From Macrostomum lignano (Eukaryota): DNA of 56,926 nucleotides. Position numbers and translations under genes: made by a program. Shown in pieces: positions 1 to 15,174 of the stretch. A model generated the notes under the pieces. It searched no databases and was not told the DNA's origin. It saw only the letters and a list, made by a program, of their open reading frames with translations. The number at the start of each line of letters is the position of its first letter. Position 1 is the stretch's first letter. Where the stretch lies: positions 1 to 56,926 of the forward strand of contig NIVC01004171.1 in the NCBI GenBank assembly GCA_002269645.1, read 5' to 3'.

Positions 1-119
1 TTAAATGGGTTAATTTTAAATATTTGCTTAGCTGCCAGCTATTGCTTAGAATGACCAAATGACCCAAAGATCGAGGCGAATATCCAGGATGGAATTCTTG
101 CACGAAAGTCGTTACGCGT

Positions 120-292
120 TTGTGCGCGCTGTCAAATTCGTGCGCGCTTGTCAAATTCGTGCGCGCTTGCGGCGCTTGAAAGGGGCCTACGTGCGCACTC
201 TCATGAAAGGTATGTGCGCACTTGTGCGCGCAGTGCGCGCTTGCTTGCGCGCCGTGCGCGCTTGTGACCCCTTGCGTGCATAAGTGCGCACA
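120..292. repeat. Subterminal GTGCGCGC/GTGCGCAC motif cluster of the transposon (matching cluster at ~6353-6432)
   Basis: Many GTGCGCGC-like words lie just inside both TIRs and not in the AT-rich interior. Subterminal repeats are typical transposase-binding sites in hAT elements. Confidence 0.75.
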
Positions 293-1374
293 TTTTTAAA
301 AAAAATTGCAGAGATGTCCTTCGACGAGTGAGAAAAAAACATCATTCATGTAAGTACAGTACATGTAATACCACATACAAATATACATGTAATGCATATT
401 AATTTATAATTGTACGTATATGATCCGTCAAAATCCGACCCATTTTCGCCCCAATGTTATGTTTTTGCTTTTGAGGAAATTGAAACGTTTGATGCACCAT
501 TCGTAAGAACAAGTTTTTAATATTTTAAATACGGATTTGATTCTATGTTCGTTCAATATACCGTAATTCCCAGCTTTATTAATTGGCCGTGTTGTCTGAA
601 CTCTTTCCTACATTTTCTCAGAGATTTTAAGAAAAAGTCACTACAGTCTTTAACAAATGCGAAAAGATGAATTTACTTTCTCATTTTTTTAATCTTTGCA
701 CAATTAACTGTTTTGAAATTTCACGTTAAACCATTTGCTTAACTTTTTTTCTAAGAAATACTAATATTTTACGCGTACAATTTCTTTAGATTTGAAGTGA
801 CTATGCGAATGGCATTGCCAGCCATCGTGATGGCAATTGGCAAACAATCAATATAGCGAGTTTAGTTTTCGAGTTTTATTGAAGGGCAACTGCAGTGCCT
901 AAAATAAAAAGAATCGAACAATTTACACTTATAATTTGGACTAATTGGACTTAGACATTTTGTTTTTGTATAGGATTTCATAACTAAACTAGCCTACAGC
1001 CCTACTACACATAGGGCCATTAAGAATTAAGATTAAGATATTGGCTATTAAAAAGCTTTCAGTGTCAAGCATAAGCCATGAGGCAGGTCAAAGGTTTATA
1101 CATTATGATTTGGAATTTATCATTTGATTTATACTTTTTATTTTTGTAATTTTTTTCAATACTACACTGCAAGTCTGCAATACTATTTTAAAACTAAAAG
1201 CTATAGTGTTTATAAATAACTTATATATAGTTCCACTGTTTGTTTCAATAATACTAAAATAGTAATATTTATTAATACTAATAATAAGAAATAAAATCTT
1301 TTATTTCATGATTATTTTTTAACTGATCTGCATCTTAGCATCTGCAACATTCAATAAGACAACATCATATCATA

Positions 1375-4300
1375 ATGGCTTTCCTTGCTGTTGTGCCAGG
1401 GATTTGGACAATTGCCATTATTTCATATCTTATGATAACTGCCAAAGACACAATTGATATTGAAAATGAAATCCAGGCCCCACCAGAACCTAGTCCTACT
1501 GGCACTCCTTTGCTTTTGCAAAGAGCAACTGTTTCTGTTTTTACTGCTAGTCCAATTGACAATAGCAGTGGTGCTGGATCCATTCCTAGGCCAGATTCAC
1601 CTATCACTATTACTACTACCCCTTCTGTAAATCGAGAGGATGGACAAGCTTTTTCCTTTGGTTAGTTAAGATTATTTAACATTGAATATATAGTTTAAAT
1701 AGGATGGTATATTTCAAACTTTTCAATTAAAGTAACTGCTATTCAAATTTCTTTTTTTAGAATTATGGCGCCAAGATAAAGGTGCTGGTTCTAGTATGTC
1801 TTCAGGCCAGTCACAGCCACTAGGCCTTGCCTTTCAGGATAGAGGTCCTAACATTTTTATATGTAAGGAATGTTATCTACAAGGAAAGGTAAATTTGGTT
1901 CACTATTTCTAAATATTATTTATATATATTGTTTTCAATAGTTTGATTATTATAGTTGAAATATTTTAGTTGAAGTACACTGTCTCTCAAAAGAGAGACA
2001 AGGATCGGCACACTGCGAGTAAATTCCACACTGCCAAAACTTGCAATTTGGTTAGGAATTCTTCCCAGGAGGCCATCTTGCTTGTTAGAGGTATGGCTTA
2101 AGTTTTTTTAGAAGTATAACTTCATCTGTTTTTTTGATCATTTCTATTTACTACTTCATAACTATTTCACTTTCAGAACATGAAGCTGCTAAAACACATA
2201 GGACTTCAAAGAGATCTCACCCTGTTGCTGCACCAGATGAAAGAGAGACCATTTCATGTAATTTAAAGTGTTTCTTATGGCTTTTTACACATTTTACAAT
2301 ATGCTTTTAGAATGAGCAACACATTAATATAAAAGAAAAAATGAATTTTTAGCTTCTAGCGATACTGAGGCACCTCAGGCAAAGAAGACTCGTTCTGAGG
2401 CTGATCGCGAAGAAAGTACTACTCTACCACCAACAAACTCTGGTGTAATAAACCCATCCTGTGCTGGTGACTGTGCCAATGCATTTTCCGATCTTGTTAA
2501 AAAACTGCCTAGTATGATAGGAGATATAGTTGAAAGAAAACTCGCCTTTGCCTTTGAGACATTAGGTAAGCCATCTGAGAATTCCAATCGAAGTCACAGC
2601 GCAAGTGTAACTAACAGCGAGTTTGTATTGGACTTGGAGAAGTGGATGACGCTAAACTCTATTGTAGACGTAGCGCGGGAAGTCCCAGACATAGAATTAT
2701 TTTTGAATGAAGAAGATGGACACTCTGTAGTAAGGTGTAAAACATGCTGGGAAGCTTTAGATACTCGAAAGCTGAGTAAAATGTCTGTTTTTCAAGTGTC
2801 TCGTCACTATAGTGATAATTGCACATTGGGCACAGGTGTTTACATGAATCCCAGCGAAACTGAGTTGATTATAAAAGGGACTTCTAATAAAAAAGATACA
2901 CAGTTTTGGCGAAATTTCAAGAGCAAACTGCGAGGGCATCTTTTAGGGTCATCAAATAATTCACAGGGACGGCAGCATGCGCTCTCTGTAAAAAACAAAA
3001 GGATCAAGCAGAAGAAGACAAACTATCTCACGAAATTGCTAAACGCTTAGTCCGCTCAGCAATCCAAACTATTAGATCCAAGGCTGGTGCTGTACACTAT
3101 GAAAATCAAGTAACTTTTCTAGAACTCAATGGCTGTCAAATTGGAAATCGGGGGCACGGAAGAAAACAGCTTTCAATTATTATTAATGCAGCTAACGAAT
3201 GGATCAATGATGAAAACCGGAAGCTTCTTTTGACGCCATTGGAGTCTACAGGTCTCCCTCCACATTTCATGGGAATTGTTGATAAAGCGACACAGACCCG
3301 CGAGACAAACCAGGCTATCTTGCTTGCAACTATAAGCCGAGGGGAAAGAGTCGCATTCCCAGTTGGTGCCCCATGTGTTTATTTTGTACAAAATGAAGAC
3401 GTCTGCGAGGAGAACTCCAGTGCTTCAGTAAATAGTGATGTTTCTGATTCTGGTGAATCGAATGAATCAGATTCTGACACAAGCACGAGTCAGGACTTAG
3501 ATCGCGTAGTAGTTACTGGGGGGAGTCTGGCTGAGCTAGCGCAGCTTATCTTTCGCACGATTCAAGATGAATTAAAACTGGGGGAAAAGGACCTCTTGCG
3601 GTATTGTGGTACAGCAGCTGATGGCCAGTATCAACCGGCAATGTTTGCAAATGAAATAACCCGCTTGTCAGGGCGTAGCAATATCGCGGACAGTTCTACA
3701 TTTCAACCTGTAATATGGGATGTATCGCACTTACTTAATTTAGCGGTGTTAGATGTTCGCGAGTCAAAGTACGGTAAACCTGCGGCAGATTGCTTAACAT
3801 TGTTTATTGAAAGGGCCAACGAGTTTAACCATTTAATGGGAAGGGGCAAAAACCATACTTTAATGTCAAAAGTGGCGTCCAAAATGAAGGAAAAAGTGTC
3901 TGTACCAATACCATATGCAACACAGCGATTTACAAGCTCATCTGTTAAGCAGTGGGTCAAAATTGAAAGAGCTTACAGTCTGTATGCAGCAACTTTTCGT
4001 CGCATTCACGATGAAGATGAAGACTTTCCCCTCCAATATAGGGTTTTGGGAGCAGACTTTGCTACCGATCTGTGTCTGCTACTAGATGTGTTTCAACCAC
4101 TAGTTGAAATGATGGAGCTGGCCCAGGGATTGCAATTCAATCACTGGAAAATTGTTTCATTGGGGAATCGCCTTCTACAAATGATGGATAGAAAGTGTCG
4201 TCCATTATATGACAAGCACCGAGCTGACATTGAAGGTATGAGCTTTAAGAAGGTGCGGCTTCTAGAGGGCTGGCATGTAATTGGCGAAGAATATGTCGGG

Positions 4301-5311
4301 CAAGAAGCAGAAAGTAGTCGAGGAAGACGTCGGAGGTGTAATAAGAAGAAAGTATACCTTTGGGAGGAGAGAACAACTAATGATGCAGTCAGAGAGGTCG
4401 AAGTCGTTTCCAGCTCTCTCCGTCAAAGTGTGGCTAATCGATTAAATAAGGGAACCTCAGCATGCTCAAATATCTTAGCCAAGTTTATGGACTTTGAGCA
4501 GCTACTATACCTTTTATGTGGTTCCCGTGAAACTGCTTCCAATGGTACAGCCAAGCCTATTCGGCAGTGCATAAACTTTTCTGGCTTCATGGAGGCTGGT
4601 GAGCCAGAGTTTTGTTCGTTTTTTAATTATGTGGTTTCACTCCCATATATTTCTGAGGTGGCTGAATCAGACAAATTATTTTCAGAACTGATACTTGGAA
4701 ACCATAGCTACGTACATGTAAAGTACAAGAATGTTATTGAATCCCTCTTTTGGGGTCACCTTGCTCCGTATGGGATACAGTGCCTTGTATGTTCCAAGTC
4801 AAAAAAGCCAATTAAGGGCCAAATCATTAATTCCATAAAAATTGAAGAGAATTCGCGCCTCCAGCAGGTTTTTAAAGTTGAAACTGATGTACGCTGTTAT
4901 GACAACTGTATTCTGGATGAGGCAGCACTTATAAAACAATTATACACAGTTCAACCAGTCTTTGAAGAAGCTGGTCGAGCTGTGTGCATTCTTCTTGACG
5001 TTGCACTGAACACAGGTGGTGGGGAGGCAATTGCTGAAAGTTTCTACGGCGTAATGCGTAGCCAACGCATTATGGGAAGGCAAAAAAATAAAGCCTTGCA
5101 GTTGCGAACGAAGATCGATTGGTGCCTCCCGCCCATCAGCTCTCTAATCGAACGTTCAGTCAACGAAATCGCGTCTAAGTATTTAAAGATTGCGGCATGT
5201 CCACTTGCATCCGATCCCCGTACCATCCGCGGATATTTAAATAGTGGGTTTAGAAGCGCAGTTCAGCGCCGAAAAAATTGTGTTAAACCACGGTTGGGCC
5301 ACCTCGTGTAA
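1375..5311 (+). CDS. Spliced DDE transposase, ~1,190 aa after repairing one frameshift; exons 1375-1660, 1761-1888, 1970-2090, 2177-2257, 2353-5311
   Basis: All four introns are GT-AG and phase-compatible (1,0,1,1). The exon 2/3 join builds a C2H2 finger (CKECYLQGK|LKYTVSQKRDKDRHTASKFH), and an NLS-like PQAKKTR follows. Catalytic-type motifs: GIVDKAT, AADGQY, WDVSH, TQRF, GEAIAES. One missing A in the A6 run at 2990-2995 joins the 2514 and 3230 ORFs with no intervening stop. AATAAA at 5399-5404. The start codon is uncertain. Confidence 0.85.
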
Positions 5312-5683
5312 TGCCGACTGTAACGTCTGACTAGCATTTATACGCAAGTTGAAATGAACCACAATGCATGTACAATGACTTGTTAAGATGTTTGACTCAA
5401 TAAATCATTCGCTATATAATGCGTAAACAATTCAGAACTCTCCAGGCAATAACCACAAATGGACAAGCACACCAGCACGCTTAGTGCAACAAAACTTATA
5501 TTTGTCTTGAATTTTAGAATGAGGGGACGCTAATAATATGCCTAGCGTACATGAAGTGCGGGGCAGATAGAAAAACAAGAGTGGGGGTTTGTACTTGTAC
5601 CTAGGCATGCAGGCCACAGAGAAAAGGACAGAAATGAAGATGGGACGACGCAGCACAGAGAGGGTTGAATGTACATCTAGCTA

Positions 5684-5931
5684 CAGGGGCGGATTTGGGG
5701 GGGCGTCCCTAAAATAAGTACTTTTGACGGAACATAGTGCACCCCCAGAAAAAGCCAAAGTTTGCGCCCCCCCCCCTAAACTTGATTTTTTCGCCCCGAA
5801 ACACCATTTTTTGCGCCCTAAGCTAATATCTTATCGCCCCCTACATGCATTTTTAAGCCCCTAAATTGGCACCCTTATACTCGTGTTGGCGCCCAAACTT
5901 AGACCGCCCCCAAAAAATTGATCTGCCACTG
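5684..5931. mobile_element. 248-bp non-autonomous MITE nested in the 3' end of the hAT element
   Basis: Imperfect TIRs CAGGGGCGGAT / ATCTGCCACTG (reverse complement CAGTGGCAGAT). Flanks TCTAGCTA (5676-5683) and TATAGCTA (5932-5939) match at 7/8. It is a GC-rich island in AT-rich DNA. Confidence 0.72.
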
Positions 5932-8499
5932 TATAGCTACATGTAACTTGCAGGAAGGGCAAAGAAAAATCATTATTTTAATTAAACATGTACATGAAAC
6001 GCAACATTTCGATTTGAATTTTGCGACAATATACATCAACCCAACTATACTAAATCCAACTATACTAAACGTCTAATATTATACTAAAAACATAACTGTA
6101 CTAAAATTGTCATTTTTGCAGGTGTTTCTCTTTTTCTAATTAATTAAAAGTTATTATTAAAACAAAAATATACACAGTTGCATACTTGTACTCAAAAATA
6201 TACAAAGCAATATTTTTTATGAATGTAAAACGTGTCATTATCTTTTTTGTTGCCTTACTCGTAATTGCATAATCGAAAAGCAAAAATAGTAGCAAATGTA
6301 CACAAAATACTTCGATTGTTAAAATTTGATAAAATTTGTATACAACATGGTTATGTGCGCTCAAGTTCTCTTATTTTTAGCTGGCGACCCTGGCGTGCGC
6401 ACTTGCGCGCTGCTCCAAAAACGTGCGCGCGCGTTTTCCTTCCTCTGAGCAAGAATTCCATCCTGGGCGAATATGAGACTTGCAAAATTCAAAATTGAAA
6501 ATATAATAATCTTAATGATAAATATTACTAATATTAATGACAATATCAATTTAACATCAGTACACAAAACTAAACACAAACAATTGCACAATCTTAGCCA
6601 TAGGGATAGGCTAAAAATTATTGACATGGATCCGTGTGAATAAAATTGGAACTATCGGCATGGGACTATGGGGATAAACACTTCCTTTATATTTTGCTAG
6701 AAACAAGGTGCAAAATTGCAGCCTATGCCCAATTTTAAGATGCAATTTTAAGGCTCAGAGTCCAATTTCTCTTTTTTCTTATTTTAAGATAATGCAAATT
6801 ATGAGGGTTAAAAAGAAAAATAGGTTATGGGACTACACCTAAATGCACCCACTTTTTCAATTTCATAGTGCAATTTCAAAATCTTACTTATCCTGAAAAT
6901 ATCATAATTATAGTTTAAAATTCAAACTTTCACTAAGGCCTCTACTTATGGTATGAATAACAGCCCTATAGAAATAGATGCAATGCAAAAACATTTTAAT
7001 TTAGGACTGGACAAAAGCCAAAAGTAGAGCCTAAGAGACCTAATAAAAATAATTTATAAAAGGCCCACTAAACTTAAGGCCACTATCATTAAAAAAATGA
7101 AAACATTGTAAGTATCTTAATTATCAAGTATAAGAGTAAAAAAACCAAATACTAAATTCAGTAACTTACCTCACTGTTTCGCCATACACCTCCTTTGATG
7201 TTGATTCTAGGCATTTTTGACTTACGGTTTAGGCTTAACTGAAAGCTGTGTTTAATTTTTGAGGCTCAATTCTTAGGAACAAGGTCAAGGACTGTGACTA
7301 TATGGTTTCTCTTGTCACTTCAATGTTTTTTTCGACAATTTGATGTCTGCCTCCCTCGTTCAACGACAATTTTGAGGACGGGGGTTTTGAATTTAAGTTA
7401 GACTGTGGTTTTTATAGTCTAACTTGATAAATAAATGTATCCTTCCGAGCACAACATTTAGTTCTCCTAATTTAAACACAGACCGGTGTTTGCTGGTGGG
7501 GTTTTGGTTAACTAAGTTTGGCGATAAAGTTTTAAAGTTTAAACTTTGCGCAGAATAACTTATGGATTAAAACAAAGGCTGTGTTGATAATGGCTCTGTC
7601 TGCTGAGTTTTTCACGTTTAGATGAAGAGAGTAGCAGTGGCTGTAGCTGAGCGGTCCTAGTCGATTTCAAAACAGTAAATACTTCTCGAATTACATTTGC
7701 CTTGCTGAAAAATTGTATTCTAGCACAGAATTTTAGGATTTCCATTAGTAAATCCTAGAGGTGTTACTATGAGTAGCCGCTACGACTACCACGGATTCAC
7801 GGAGAAGAAAACTAAATATTCCTAGCTCGGGTAGTCGGTATTAGTGTATCTTCTTCGGTTGAAATTAGAGTCTTTATTCTTTCTTTCGGTGTACGAGTGA
7901 GTGAGATGCTCATTCGTGCTAAAACAAAATGTGAGCGGAAAGAGCGCGAAAACTCTAAAAAGTCTCTTGCCCAAAAGACGTGGCAGAGACGTGTCGTTGT
8001 TTGAAAAGGTCAATAACACAATTTAGCCACCTATCGACTATACATATACGTGTATTTTGCATGTACATGTAATTATTGACGATTTTTTTTCCGTGAGACT
8101 GACTAATTAGAAAAGGCTGATTACAGGTTAGCCTCCCTCCCTCAAAATATTGAGCCTGCAACCGTAGTGACTGAGTGGTTGAATGCTTGCCTGGAACACT
8201 CAAAGCACTAACGAATTGCTGTTTCCTTCAGTCTGTTCTAATTTGTTGTTGACGTGCATGCAGATCTTGAGCCAAATTTACCAGTTTTAGGTCTTAACTC
8301 TTTCCCGGTCTTCTTGATATTACTATAAGTAGTCATCGTCTCGCGAAAAAGATGCATATATCTATTGTAGTGACTGGCTGCTAACTGGTTATTCAGCAGC
8401 ATTCACTAGCTTTCCCTGAGAGTGCTGTGATCCGCTGCACAGTAGCTCAGTCCACCTGATCTAGTGAGAGAGTTACCCAGTGCTGGGCCTAAGTGTTTA

Positions 8500-9436
8500 C
8501 TGCCCGATGACTCATCGCCTGAGCAGGCGCGGGCAGCCACACTCAATGTCTTCCCACACGCGCTGAGGAGGCGTAGCAGGATGACTCATCACCTGCGCGG
8601 AGTGTAAGGGCTGCCTAGAGGGAGTAAACAGGATGACTCATCCGCCCAAGTTCTATTTTTAGCACAGAATAAGCACGTGACTGTGCACGCACGCGGTGCG
8701 TGGCCACTGACCTTGAGTACGCCACTGCTGCGTGACAGGCTTGCCTTATTTGGAAGTTGGCTCGCATGATTTTAGTGACCAAATAAGGAAGTTTCACGCG
8801 CTCACCGCATGAAACTCACGTGACTTTTGGGGGTCCGCTCGGCTATAAATACGGAGCATCTGCGAGCCATTTTTCTCCAGATCGCGTCGTCCTGTCTTGG
8901 GCTCGACCGGAGCTGCCTCTCTGCCTCCGAGCTCTCCTCTCTCATTTCAGGTTTTACAGGTTTTCAGGTTCGAGCAGCATTCTACTAAGACGATCGACTG
9001 TCGAGACATTTTTCAGATTTGCCTTTGCTCCGAGCGACTTTGTTATTTTATTTCAGGTGACGGATAGACAACTCTGCCGACGCGTCGAGTCCGCACACCA
9101 AGGTGGCAGCAACCCTACCAAGTCACGACTAACGTTTTAGGTTCATTTTCAGGCAAATCGATAGGTAGTACTGCGGTGCTATCTAGCTTCTTCAGGAGCA
9201 GCGGGTTCTATTTTCTAGGAACACCTTCAAGAACCCGAGGAGTAGAAGTCTAACACTATAATATTTTAGAGTAGTGCGTATGACGTTGTAGGCATAGCTT
9301 CTCCTATGCGACTGAGCCTTTGTTACGCTCGTATTTCTGAGCAAGACACAAGACAGATAGGTAAGAAAGTTAACAGATCGTAAGCAGAATAAAACCCCTT
9401 TTTGTATAGCACTTTAATCCAATCGAATTCCCGACA
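8500..9436 (+). promoter_or_regulatory. LTR-like promoter/terminator block (possible solo LTR)
   Basis: Three GATGACTCATC AP-1-type sites (8506, 8580, 8632), TATAAA at 8844, AATAAA at 9388, and a ...TTCCCGACA end at 9436. The left boundary and TSD were not found. Confidence 0.4.
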
Positions 9437-9532
9437 AGGATTACTAGGCCTTGATTCCCTATTGGCAATTTAAAACAAGCTTGAAGGCAATAAGGACCAC
9501 TAGGAACACTTGGTTATCCCACACGGAGAAGA

Positions 9533-9846
9533 TAGTGTCATTCTGCTTGACCGTGAGTGTTACTCATTAGTGCCATTCTGCTTGACCGTGAGTGTCACTC
9601 ATTAGTGTCATTCTGCTTGACCGTGAGTGTTATTCATTAGTGTCATTCTGCTTGACCGTGAATGCTACTCATAAGTGTCATTCTGCTTGACCGTGAGTGT
9701 CACTCATTAGTGTCATTCTGCCTGACCGTGAGTGTTATTCATTAGTTTCATTCTGCTTGACGGTGAATGCTACTCATTAGTGTCATTCTGCTTGACCGTG
9801 AGTGCCACTCATTAGTGTCATTCTGCTTGACCGTGAGTGTAACTCA
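9533..9846. repeat. 35-bp minisatellite, ~9 copies (TAGTGTCATTCTGCTTGACCGTGAGTGTTACTCAT)
   Basis: Unit starts at 9533, 9568 ... 9813; contiguous with no spacers. Confidence 0.92.
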
Positions 9847-10233
9847 ATCCATCCTCTTAATTCCACCAGTGACACCAAGGAACTGCTCCAGAAAAGACCA
9901 GAGGACCACTTGTCTTCGGGAAGTCAGAAAACCGCCAAACAGCCAAGTCAGTTTTTTCTTTTTATATTTATTATTCAACAAATTAAGCCCAGTAAATTCT
10001 TGAAGATTAGAATTTGAACATAAAGAATATTAGCAAGTTTAAAGCAACAAAATGCTTATCAAACGATGAACTTCCTCCATACAATATCCTGTAAGTAGCG
10101 ATTCTAAAAGCATAACGAGTACTTACAGTATGTTGCGAGTCGCTACAATCACTCCAACTTGCTTTTGTCATTCAAGTTGGTACACTGCTACTGTATGGTA
10201 CTGGTATACTGAAAGTACATCAAGTGAGATAGT

Positions 10234-13849
<3,616 letters not shown>

Positions 13850-15174
13850 TTCTATTGTATTCACAAGCTTTCAGATTATCAAAGTAAGAAATGAACTGGA
13901 AAAAAACTTTCAGTTAGGACTTTGCAAAGTAAAACCGCTTTTAATGTATAAAATAAAAGTCAAGTATCAACACGAGCAGCATGGGCTGTAGAGGAAGGTC
14001 TTGACCATAGACAAAACTTATTTGGGCGTTCACAGCGCGGGAGGGCATGAATCCTAGACTAGCCTGGGACTATTAATATTATTGTAGTTGTTTTTGGCTT
14101 TGGGTGAAAAATTGCCCAGTAGCTAAGTTTATTCAAGCCTATACAGTAAGTGAAGATAATAGACCTTATGCCTCAGAGTCATACTCCCTTGCTGTATAGA
14201 GTTAACTCACCACTCTCTGAAAATCCCTCTGTGACTGCGATACGACGATATGACCTACCAATCATGACGATAGACCGTACATTATCAGACAAAATAACAT
14301 GTCTCAGCGGTACCGCGTCTTTTTCACGCAAAAGCTGCTTGCCTCCTCGCCGACAGCAGATAGACTACCGCCTTGATCTTCAAGAAAGGAAAAGGCAATC
14401 TGCGATCTAACTAAAATACCTGTGATGGCATTAGAAACCTTTCTCGTTTACTCCAACCATCTACAGCTTTATCAACGCGCCAGGATTAACGATGAAGTTT
14501 TGTTTTGTTCCAGTTTCTGTTGTTTCTGAAGCTAAATTTCGCTATTGATGCTTGAAAAACGCTTTCACAGTCGATTAAAATTCACATGTGACTTGGGACT
14601 TTTTTAGCTTTGAAAACTGCCACGGGTAGTGCAAAGAAATTGTCATAATCATTCATCCGGACGGTTGTTTTGTTAACAATCGTTTGGTCATGCAAGAACT
14701 TGTATGACAAATGATTTTAGAAAGACAATAGAGCGTTTCACAGGTGAATGAATTGTCAAAAACGTAAGAAATTTGCTTGCACAATACAAATACTTTCTCT
14801 TCTTGTCTTCATGCTCTGTCGAATCAGTCGAGCGAGTCTTTTTAATCGACCACGATGACAATAAATACCGAAGCGGATCGAAAGTTTGCAGCGAAAATCT
14901 AACGAGTGTAGCAAGTCACCGCAGCCTCACGGAATGGGTAAACGCAATGCTGTTGGCAGCATGAGTAAGTGCTGTTAAACTAGTCAATAGCCTTTCAATT
15001 GTGCTCCCATATCTTTATTGCATGTACCTGTGTAACGCTACCTAATGCACGTCATGTAACATTTAGTACGTACTGACACAGAATAGAAACTTTATTATAA
15101 ATTCACCACCAGGTGGCCCGAGCGACATTGTCCAGGTAGAAAATCAGCGACGCCAAAGCTTAGCCCTGAGCGAA

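Larger units (their letters stand above)
84..6466 (+). mobile_element. Full-length hAT-superfamily-like DNA transposon with perfect TIRs and 8-bp target-site duplication
   Basis: CCAGGATGGAATTCTTGC at 84-101 is the exact reverse complement of GCAAGAATTCCATCCTGG at 6449-6466. GCGAATAT flanks both ends (76-83 and 6467-6474). An internal DDE transposase gene is present. Confidence 0.93.

Noticed and set aside
9533-9846. CRISPR-like regular 35-bp repeats (also the 23-bp and 36-bp arrays)
   Set aside because: Units are contiguous with no unique spacers, there are no cas genes, and the context is eukaryotic.
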